Positions 54,696-64,000 of a DNA stretch of 64,000 nt are shown here, in pieces; positions within the stretch are counted from its first letter, which is position 1; every line of letters starts with the position of its first letter. Position numbers and translations under genes: made by a program. The stretch covers positions 3,740 to 67,739 of the forward strand of contig ADNK01000060.1 of the NCBI GenBank assembly GCA_000320545.1. The letters run 5' to 3'. The notes beneath the pieces were generated by a model. It was not told where the DNA came from and did no database searches. It was given only the letters and a program-made list of their open reading frames with translations. Source of the stretch: Bigelowiella natans CCMP2755. Taxonomy: Eukaryota; Protista; Cercozoa.

Positions 54696-56412
54696 GTCAT
54701 AGATACAGCATACAAAGCCAGCATCCGACGACGATGCTGCTATTATTACCTGGATATTAGGATGGGTGAGGATGAACTCTCCAATGGAAGGGTCAAGAGT
54801 AAATCTAATATATGATATAAAACGTCAAGTAAAACTCACGATATTTTGTTTATATATGATATAAAACGTCAACTGAAATTCACGATATTTTGTTTGCGTG
54901 CTCTGTAATCCATATTTCATTAGTAAAACAAATAAACATCAGCATCATCAACAAATAATAACAACAAAAATTACCCATTGAGCCCGTCTCCGGTGGTGAG
55001 AACAAGGATGGTGGAGGACGAATACATGCAGTATCCAGCAGCAACAAGGTTAGTTCCAGGTTGAAGTGTTGCCTCCAAACATTGCTGCTCTGCAATACTG
55101 AGATTATCAGAATCCCCGATCAAGCACTCTTCTGGAGCTTTGAACACTCCGAAGATAGTTCCAGTGGAAATTGCAGCATCAATATTGGAAGATCCATCGA
55201 GCGGATCGAAAGTAGCAACATATTCGCCGGAGTAAAGTTCATCAACGACAACTGGATTATCTTCCTCCTCAGAGGCAATTACTCCAAGTTTTCCAGAAGA
55301 ACGAAGGGCAGACTTTAGTACATCGTTAGAAATGACATCAAGTTTCTTCTGTTCCTCGCCTTGAACGTTGACTGATCCACCACCTTCAGCCAGACCTGTA
55401 GATCCGGAGATTCCTAGGTTGTAGTAGTAATAAAAAATGAAGAATAATCCTCATTTCGGTGCGCTGCAATGAGCGGCGACTGCACATGATCAACAATCAC
55501 TCCAACCAACCTGCAGTTTGCACCATGGATGCAATGCGTTTGCATGCAACTGAGATGGAAGAAATCAAACGAACCATGTCCTCCTGCCTGCATAAACATC
55601 AATGACATAGATGCTAATTTTAGATATTGTCATTAAGTTTCAGAATCCTCAAGGAAACAGCAGCAGTTCCTTGATTCTTAGTACAAAGCGTGGTCATAGC
55701 CCCACAAAGAGGGAGGTGAGGGACAACTTCTAACACACTTCTTCTCTTACATCTTAATCTACTTCCTCCTACTATAACCGACTATTACCCAGGAGTCTTG
55801 CTCTTCATTGCCTCCTCAATCATGAATCTTGTTAATGTGACAGTTCCGTCATCAACGATAGTACCAGCAGAGCTAAGAGTACCAGCCAAATGCATATCAG
55901 AACCAAGTAAGTATAATACTTTGTAAATTTTCTGAAAAGCGACGATGAAGTCTACAAATTAGTATTTAGGTTTACTCTTGGACAGGGGAGGGTGCGACAC
56001 TGGATCTGAGGTGGAAAAAGAAGATGGTCGTCAAATATGCAGTTTCTATTTATGTAAATTTTCTTTATCCTTCTTCTACACATTATTTTGTTTCTTGTGA
56101 TCATACCTAACAGCAGCACGACGACCAGCCTGAGAGAAAGGGTTACTGCTCTTGACTGACATGTGCATGCCACGGGTGTGCACAGATGGCGCTGCGAATG
56201 TGCGAGCCGCAGTCATGGTGGAAGACAGCACACCTCCGCGAAAGAGCTGTTATTCAATCAAGAGGTAAGATAAAATGATGGCTCGGCGGAAGAGAATTAC
56301 GCGAAATTACCACGGCAGCCATGGTGAGTCCCAGAACTACGTTCATGATGACGCTGTAAGTCGTGATGCGGCGGCGCGCATTCGAGGATGAGGCAGGAAC
56401 AGGAGTGTACAT
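53643..56412 (-). CDS. FBP: Plastid-targeted fructose-1,6-bisphosphatase (class I, chloroplast type) with bipartite presequence
   Basis: [54 protein letters not shown], redox loop [62 protein letters not shown]-terminus [34 protein letters not shown]|LFRGG followed by an S/T/A/R-rich transit peptide. An upstream exon from 56597 is possible. Confidence 0.93.
54808..54895. repeat. Imperfect 44-bp tandem duplication in an FBPase intron
   Basis: atatatgatataaaacgtcaa(g/c)t(a/g)aaa(c/t)tcacgatattttgttt occurs twice in tandem. Confidence 0.9.
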
Positions 56413-57091
56413 CTGTAATTGTTGGAAGAAGAGGAGGTGAAATGATATGAAGGGAGTGGCAAAACTCGATGCGCACGAACAGCAGCACCTCCACCACCTT
56501 CACGTGATAGCGTGTTTGTGTTGATGTCCTCGTCGCCGGGAGGATACCGAAAGATTGCTTGTAGCTGGTAGCCGCCTGCGTTTTGCCGATGCATCATCTT
56601 CTAAGAGAAAAGATACACAGAAAAAAACTCACGAGAGGAATAGGATTTTTGATCTGCGACATCACACATACATGACAAAGTTAAAAAAACGTACTTCGAC
56701 AGCACTTACGGTCACGTCACCAAACCACCAAATGAGCCTTTTCTCGCTGTTTCGACCGAATAATTTATCTTTTTTTAATAATTACTAAAGCGGCAATCAG
56801 AAAGTGCAGCTGATGAGAGATTCTCGGAGATGATGCCATGTATTATTGTCGTCTCTCTCCGTAGCACACATTACATGTATGCAGAATTTGGCTCATGACG
56901 TAGGAAGAAAATTTCCTGTATTTAAAAAAACAAACAAACAATTCTTCTTGGGTTATGGCGGGCCGAAGCCGGGCAGAACAACATGTGCTTGGGTAGTGAG
57001 GAAGGGGTGGGCAGAACAGGAGGCAGTGAAGGAAGCTTAAACAAGAGAAAGAGGCATAGCATAAGCTGTGATCATCTCACAGTTTTGTAGT

Positions 57092-58784
57092 ATGTCCCCC
57101 CATTCCTCACGGCTGGCAGTCATTATAATCATAATCTCTCAAGTTGTAGTTCTCCTACAAATACTCCTGCTGCAACCTCTTACCATAAGACTTGACCATC
57201 AGGAGCAACAGCAGCAGCAACAACAACCTGCTAAAATTTTAGACGTCAAGATTCGAGGAAGGATCGCAGGAATGCATCTCAGAGGACACCCCCCCCCCTT
57301 TCTTCTTCATGGATTTTACCGACTTCATGGTGGAAGTGCCGATCCTTTGGGAGGAAGATCAGACAACACAAATCAAAACGAAGTTATTGCTTCTCTGGAG
57401 CGTGAAGCACAGAGATGGCAGGCAAGTGGAGACCTGCTGCGCTCAGTATCGATTTACAAACGGATTCTCGAATTTAGCGGCTTATCTACCAGTTCAAGAG
57501 CCCATGTAATTACGTGAATCCAATGTTTTCTTTTTACAACAACATGAGCCCATGTAATTACGTGAGAATCCAATGTTTCTTTTTGCAACAACAACAACAA
57601 CATGAGGAAGTGGGTTATTCTTACATCCTACGAATGTGTGAGCAGCTTCACAACTCAATTGGGGCCTTGAAATACATGCTGGGGGAACATTCTGCCGCAA
57701 AGATCGAGTAAGGAAGTTAGTTGACGGCGGTTAACACGAACATTAATGGCTGTTAAACACACATGCAAGCATATATTTACCCCAGCCTAGACAGTATAAA
57801 ATGCATACACGTATTCATTAGACTCCCCTGAAACTCCTCCTCCTCCTCCAATGCTGATCAATTAATGTGCCGTGTTCTGATACTACAGATATGCGAAGGC
57901 AATAGACATTGATCATACTGCATGCTCTGAAGCGTATCTTAACATGGCTGCCCTGCTGCATGATCGAGAAAATAAGACGAGAGAAGCTCTTAAGTAAGTA
58001 CATAGATATCACAGAGGACATGGTGGACAGAACAACGATGCAGACACTACTACTCGACTGGGTTGAATATACTGATGGGAGGGGGAGAAAGAGAGTTTTT
58101 ATTGTGGTGACAAGCAACCGTTGTTATATGTGCTATCATCTCTATCAAGATTTTGCGCAGAGGCCCTGGCTCTATCTCCCAGAAACGCAGAAATTCATGG
58201 GTACTACGGGGTGGTGGTGATGGTGGTGGTGGAAATATATGCACGAATCCCAAAGCATTACTATCAAAGCATAACGAAAGATCACGCATGTACCCCCCCC
58301 CTTACAGACACAAATACACACACAAACTATTTATTTATATTTGAATATTGTCATAGTTATTAAACTCGGTGTGTGTGTGTGTGTGTGTGTGTAATTGTAG
58401 ACTGATGGGAAATATATTAGAGTCAATGGGTCGCAGAGCTTCTGCAAGGGTGTTATACTACTTCTGCTACTACTACAAACTTATTATTACATCATTGCCA
58501 TCACACTTCCTCCTCCAGCACCTAGAAATTACCATCATCCACAACAGAAAACAATTGTCAAGATAGTCTCTCTGACATTGCATCAGAAGCGGTGAAATCA
58601 ACTGATAGTAGTCTTCGATTCTTATGAAGTTACTGCTTTCTCACCACTTGTTGTTATTATCAGAGGTACTGGAACAGTGCAGAAGCTCTTGCAAGGCAAA
58701 TGTCGCAGGTATATTTGTAATTTATGATTGGGATGTTGTCAACGTATACTGGAGAAAATATGATGTTTTTCGCAACTTATTTTC

Positions 58785-58846
<62 letters not shown>

Positions 58847-59210
58847 CCCGCCTCTTAACTTCCCTCCTGTGACCTTCCTATCTGGCGTCATCATCATCGT
58901 CTTCATCATCGTCTCCCAGGCTGTTAATCGTGCATATGATACGCCAAAAACTCTTCGCGGCATGACGGTAGCGAAAACATCATTAAGAATAGGAGAAGAA
59001 GCAGCAGAAGCAGCAGCTCGATGTCTTGCTTACATACCTATGGGTCTTCTCCCGAACGCTACAGCCCCTACTGCGAGCTCCTCTCCTCCTCCTCCTTCTC
59101 CTCGCATGATACAGGTTACGCGTTAAAAGTGGTTAGGAACTGTCGGTACTATTATGACTCTTGCTGCTTAACTTATCATCAATAGGAAGAAGGAGGGGCG
59201 AAACTAGTGA

Positions 59211-59245
<35 letters not shown>

Positions 59246-59536
59246 ATGATGGTAGCATCTACTAGCTGTGTCGCTGCTTAATAGTTCTCGTTTCATATTG
59301 TTCGCGCCAATAAATTACTTTTTGATTCATTTTGGTGTGTTTTTCAATCGTCGTCGTCGTCGTCGTCGTGTACCTGTATGCTTTCATCCCTTCCGAGGAT
59401 AGGTGTTGAGGCTAAGTAGCAACGTCAGAGCTTTCTTGATCAAAGGGTTCTTGAACTCGTCTGAATGCTTGCATATCATGGTATTGAAAGAAACGATTTA
59501 TGTCTATCATGCTTTTTTAATATTTGAAATGTAATC

Positions 59537-59582
<46 letters not shown>

Positions 59583-60610
59583 CGTGTGTGTGTGTGTATG
59601 TGTGTGATTATTTAACGTATGATTTATAGATGTGTTTGCGTGAGTCTGTTTGTAGAAGCAGTGTTAACAATGAAAAATGTTGTTGGTTTGAAAATCAATC
59701 AAAAGGACAAAGCTAGAAGGCTCCTAAATCCATCAGAAATTGTAAAACACACTTTTCGAGCAGTATTAACTGGAAAAACTTACTGTGACATGTAGCTGCC
59801 TCTATGATTACTTTTATTCTATTTAATTATTGATTGATGCTGACAAGGTTTCTTTTGGCGGTTGCAAAGATAAAGAAGGTGGAAGAAGATTCTCAGAAAC
59901 AGCCTGGGTTATTTACCAACCTTCTACTGCGTGGACAAACTACTACACATAAATTTATAAACGTTATATTATCTTGATATGTATGATAATGTGCGAATAG
60001 ACTGGCAATACCAACATATCTGCTTTAATAGTACTGTAAATATTCCCTGATTTGATGGTGGCCTTTTGGTCAGTCAGATCCCCCTCTGATGTATTGTAAG
60101 CACACAAGTATACTCTTCTTAGGTCAACAGCAGAAATGATCCGATTCTAAAAGGCATTGATGTAAGTAAAATTGAAGATCGAAGATGTAGTGATGATTGT
60201 AGTCGTGGTGGTGGTAGTAGTTGTTATATTGGGTTGACAAGGATAATAAGGGTGAAGAAGAAGAAGAAGAAGAAGAAGAAGAAGAAAACGACGACGACAA
60301 CAGATGTAAAGACAAAATCCGCCTACGTGATCTTTCTCCATACTAATAGTATATGTTTTGATTTTATTTTGAGCATAAGATTTGTGTTCTGTCATTACCA
60401 CACAGGAACGAGCACGTGCGTTGGTTTTGCCAGAAGAGCTCCGGGCAGAAGCACCAAGCGAAGATATGCAAGTTGTCAGGTCTTCGATTCTTGTGTGTGT
60501 GTGTGTGTGTGTGTGTTTTAATGTTTCTGTGCGTGTGGATGTGGTGTTTTTCTCGTGAAGACAGAAATCGTCATAACTTTGCTGCTGCTGCTGCTTTTTA
60601 TGTGCTACTT

Positions 60611-60643
<33 letters not shown>

Positions 60644-61340
60644 GCTTGACATCTATCTCACGATGCTTGTATTGTTGCACCTTGGTGTTCTAATTCAAAA
60701 GGTATAAGTCTGGTGGCGAATTCACTGTCCGTAAGAGTTCCTTCTAGCTATCTAACCCTCTTCCCCCCCCTCTTATTCTAAGCTTAACAGTAATTTTCAT
60801 GTATTAGAAACAAACAATAAAAATGTCAATAACAAATTTCGTACCGTTGTAATATTGATCATGTCGTAGTGTCTAATTAGATCAAAAACACCATATCATC
60901 AGCTGCACTATGATGCAACCGAAGCTGTGCCACGATATGTAACGGTAAGTTTATGCGTTACTTCATAACAAGATCTCTACTCCTTTGATCCATGTTTAGC
61001 TTCCAGAAAGTGCCTTATTTACTATTAAATCATGTAGGTTCTTTACTACTTGAATACCCCAAATCTGTCATCGTCGTCATCTTTGCAGAAGGACAACGAT
61101 GAACACGAGATAGATAGAGTAATGATGACAAAAAATGATACTTTTGATGAGAAGAAGAAGAAGGGACACACTTGGTTTCCGCTAGCCCTTACTGGTGATT
61201 CGATGCAAAGTAGTGATAGCAATAGTAATGATGAAGATAAAGAGAAAATGGAAGGCAACAATGAAACCGCTCTATTCATGACCATCGGTCAAATGAAGGA
61301 TCCCAAGAAAGATGGCATAACTGTACCTCCAAGGTGGTAA

Positions 61341-61373
<33 letters not shown>

Positions 61374-62058
61374 CAGTAACGGATCATGCTGATGATGATG
61401 ATGATGTGATGATAATAATGATATTGATGATGATGGTCATGACTATGAGGATGGCAGATTGATTATAGTAAATTTGTGTACATGAATTACTTTGAAAACT
61501 CCAGGCAGGGTGATGCTTTGATATTTTACAACTTTCGCACGGTACACAGCAGACACACACACCACATGTAAAACATGTACATGTGTATGAAATTCAACAC
61601 AAAACACACTTCTGATGTTGTACATATTCAGACTGCTTCTAATGTCAGTGTGTATATCAGTATGATGTCCATGATGCTGCTGCCTGCCAAATGGACTATA
61701 ACTTGTCTGCCTTCCTCCTCCTCCTCTCCTCCCCCCCCCTCCTCTCTCTCTTCCTCTCTCCCTTTCTCTCCAGATATTTGAAATATTCTATAATACGCTA
61801 TTAATATCCGGTACATGCATGCTGAACATATATAATACATGGCTTTAGGACGGCAAGTTAGATCCTTTAGCTGCACACGCAGGCCTTCCTTGTGGAAACG
61901 ATGACAACAAGTGGATTGCGAATCAATGGTTCAGACTACCAATAAGGAATAATGCCAACACCGCTCCCTCTACTTCCCCCCTTCATCATCCTTGCAATGA
62001 CGATAATGAGGACCAAGCCTTTTCAAAATTTCGGTGGGGGATAGTGGAAGAATTGTAG
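57092..62058 (+). CDS. TPR-repeat plus prolyl 4-hydroxylase-like 2OG-Fe(II) dioxygenase, secretory N-terminus, multi-exon
   Basis: Hydrophobic N-terminus; TPR-like exons (LHNSIGALKYMLGEHSAAK, EAYLNMAALL, ALALSPRNAEIHGLMGNILESMG); catalytic exons FLIKGFLNSSEC, RFSETAW, EDMQVVRYKSGGEFH.HYD (HxD), RYVTVLYYLN, GHTWFP, GDALIFYNF, DPLAAHAGLPC...KWIANQWF; ends VEEL*. Confidence 0.82.
57498..57603. repeat. About 48-bp tandem duplication spanning the first exon/intron junction of the P4H gene
   Basis: gagcccatgtaattacgtga(ga)atccaatgttt...caacaacat begins at 57498 and again at 57546. Confidence 0.9.
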
Positions 62059-62464
62059 TTATTACATGTACGCAGCAGTTAACTATGAGACGGATGTGAT
62101 GAAGAATCAAATTTTTTCAATGGTCATCCTGATGTAGCTGTGCAATGCAGCGGCTACAGCGCTAATGTTGCATCTGTTGGTTTCTGCCACAATGTGTTTC
62201 ATGCATTTGAAAGCGTCCTCATGCGACCGATGTTGCCGCGCACTGCGCGCAGCAGTTCTGGATTCAATTTCAGCCTTTGTCAACCGGTTCGTGTCGTCGT
62301 TACGATTCATGATCGCGCGCATTTGATTGCGCAATCTGATTTGTTCTCGACCATGCATTGGACATTGCAGGAGATGATCCATGTCCTTCAGGATGCCACA
62401 TGCATCGCACGTGTGTAGTGCGTACTACTACGCGAGCACAAGTCACGTGCGACAACAAAGGGGT

Positions 62465-62738
62465 TGTCGCGGATATAGAATATAGATAACGTAGATATTA
62501 ATACAGTATAGGCACGTGGGTTCCGGCGGGACTCATGGCAGCACACCGGAAGTGTGCTGCCCCACGTGCGGCGGCATTCGCGAAAGCTTCGCGAATGATT
62601 ACGCAGTGCACGATTTAACAAAAATATAATCTTTAATAAAAATAAACAAAACTCTTCAAAAGGAAGCAAACGTGCCTTCCCCCCCCCTGCCTACTTGTGC
62701 ACGTAGCGCCTCGGCCTGTGAACACCTTACGCGCAACA
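62465..62738 (+). mobile_element. Putative 5' LTR of an LTR retrotransposon (about 274 bp)
   Basis: Begins TGTCGCG and ends CGCAACA (TG...CA, imperfect inverted ends). Contains AATAAA (62635 and 62641). Directly followed by a TGG-initiated PBS-like site and a gag ORF. The second LTR is outside the window. Confidence 0.7.
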
Positions 62739-62743
62739 ACCTT

Positions 62744-62761
62744 TGGCTTCCACACACGGGA
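62744..62761 (+). other. Putative primer-binding site TGGCTTCCACACACGGGA
   Basis: Starts with TGG (complement of tRNA CCA) 5 nt after the LTR's terminal CA. Cognate tRNA not identified. Confidence 0.55.
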
Positions 62762-62777
62762 AACGATTTGACTAACA

Positions 62778-64000
62778 ATGTCACAGCAGCTAGAAGAACA
62801 GCAGGACTTTGGCTCGCAGGCCGTGCAAGGGCACGAGCAGAAACAGGAAAGGAAGGGCGATACGGACGCTAAGGAAGGAGGAGGAACACCTCCACAGGCA
62901 CCGCCGGGACCAGCACCCGGGATTAAGAAAGCAGATGCAGCAGCAGAGGCACTGGAGAACTTCTACGAGGCGGACGACGAGGACGTGGCCGCCGAAAGCA
63001 AGAAGGTCGTAATGGCATTACGAGCCTTGCGACCCAGGGCGAGCAACTACGCCAAACTGAAAGTATCGATAGAATACAAGTATCAGACACATGATGTTTG
63101 GGCAGCTATCATGCAGGACATCATGGATTACGAAGCAGACTTACCTCCAGAGTGGGCAGCTTTGTTTAGGAACGACGGGGGTCTGGGCGCCTCGCGGGGG
63201 ACGACCCAGAGCACCGTCAAGCAGCAGCAGCCGGTACAGCGGAACACCCAGTTCATGTCTGTTAAAACAGCACCGGTTATGATAACGAAATACAACGGGA
63301 AAAGAGGTGAGGCAAGGAGGTGGTGGAAGAACGCTAGGAGTATACTCTGCGACTTTACCCCTAACCCCACCGAAAACGACAAGCTCAAATGGCTAGCTAT
63401 AATAAAGCAAGCCATGGACCTTTACGAGACAGGCAGGACCCGGATCAGGCAGCTGGAGAAAATACACACTACAGTTAGTGGGCTACGAGACGTTGAGGCG
63501 ATAATGAAGGCTTTTGTAAATGAACAGGATGCTAACTCCCTACCCCAGGCTATTAGAAAATACAGAGCAATGATGCAGCATGAGAGAGAACCTGTTAGAG
63601 ACTTTGCCACGCGCTTCCAGGATATGATCGACGAACTACATGATTTTAATTACAACACAGGTGATGATCAGGCAAGGTTTGAAGAGTTCAAGTTAAAGAT
63701 AAAGGAATCCACTTACGTTACGGAGAAAGGCTACACCACGATGGAGGCAGCAGTGCAGGCTATATCCCTACGCGAGCAGGAGCAGGACCGCAAGTTTACC
63801 AGCCCTAAGGTACCTGGCATAGGAAACATTAACGCTATTAAGCCGCAGCGAGACTGGTACAAGGACAGGGAAGGTAACCGACGTTGCGGATACTGCTCAC
63901 GTAAAGGGAAACACACCGCTAAAGACTGCAGAGACAGGAAAGAAGGACGACCCAGGATGACGATCTCTAGCACGCCCCTTACATGTCGCGGGACGCGGGT
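62778..64000 (+). CDS. gag: Retrotransposon Gag (probably Ty3/Gypsy-like), intronless, open to window end (absent from the ORF track)
   Basis: More than 400 codons without a stop from ATG 62778 (MSQQLEEQQDF...). Major-homology-region-like MQHEREPVRDFATRFQ and zinc knuckle CGYCSRKGKHTAKDC. No pol in the window, so superfamily is tentative. Confidence 0.82.
   Translation, partial: MSQQLEEQQDFGSQAVQGHEQKQERKGDTDAKEGGGTPPQAPPGPAPGIKKADAAAEALENFYEADDEDVAAESKKVVMALRALRPRASNYAKLKVSIEYKYQTHDVWAAIMQDIMDYEADLPPEWAALFRNDGGLGASRGTTQSTVKQQQPVQRNTQFMSVKTAPVMITKYNGKRGEARRWWKNARSILCDFTPNPTENDKLKWLAIIKQAMDLYETGRTRIRQLEKIHTTVSGLRDVEAIMKAFVNEQDANSLPQAIRKYRAMMQHEREPVRDFATRFQDMIDELHDFNYNTGDDQARFEEFKLKIKESTYVTEKGYTTMEAAVQAISLREQEQDRKFTSPKVPGIGNINAIKPQRDWYKDREGNRRCGYCSRKGKHTAKDCRDRKEGRPRMTISSTPLTCRGTR

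Noticed and set aside
55505-55590. Apparent TG/CA-rich TA-poor patch
   Set aside because: It is a coding exon of FBPase ([25 protein letters not shown]).
239-61900. Many 60-130 aa ORFs with poly-W/H/V/L/S or CVCVCV/THTHTH runs
   Set aside because: They are translations of intronic microsatellites or off-frame exon pieces, with no family signal.
62512-62605. HDV-like or hammerhead ribozyme call for the LTR structure
   Set aside because: No 3-bp P3 with the typical L3 loop, and no CUGANGA/GAAA core on either strand; kept only as an unclassified structure.
1-64000. CRISPR arrays, rRNA or tRNA genes
   Set aside because: No repeat-spacer periodicity or recognisable structural RNA gene seen by eye; a tRNAscan-SE/Rfam run would be needed to exclude small RNAs.

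Overview
Eukaryotic nuclear DNA, intron-rich and microsatellite-rich. A flagellated alga with a complex plastid fits best, since a Calvin-cycle FBPase carries a signal peptide plus transit peptide; a chlorarachniophyte such as Bigelowiella is my inference, not a database result. Most short ORFs in the track are microsatellite or antisense noise, so I rebuilt genes by splicing exons by eye. Gene order: weak hypothetical fragment (+), DYNC2I1/WDR60 (+), a GTPase-less Ski7/HBS1L-V3-like protein (-), CFAP418/C8orf37 (-), nitronate monooxygenase-family protein ending in SKL (+), glutathione synthetase (-), orphan Pro/Cys-rich surface protein (+), RABL6 (-), TXNDC9 (+), inner-arm dynein heavy chain DNAH2/I1-beta (+), plastid FBPase (-), TPR plus prolyl-4-hydroxylase (+), then the 5' end of an LTR retrotransposon (LTR, PBS, gag) running off the window. 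The most unusual signal is three intergenic patches nearly lacking TpA while rich in TpG/CpA and retaining CpG, like a 'reverse RIP' process. Also notable: the stand-alone exosome adaptor, a signal-anchored glutathione synthetase, an NMO with catalytic His replaced by Gln, and a strongly structured segment inside the LTR. All counts and alignments were done by hand or from memory of family motifs.
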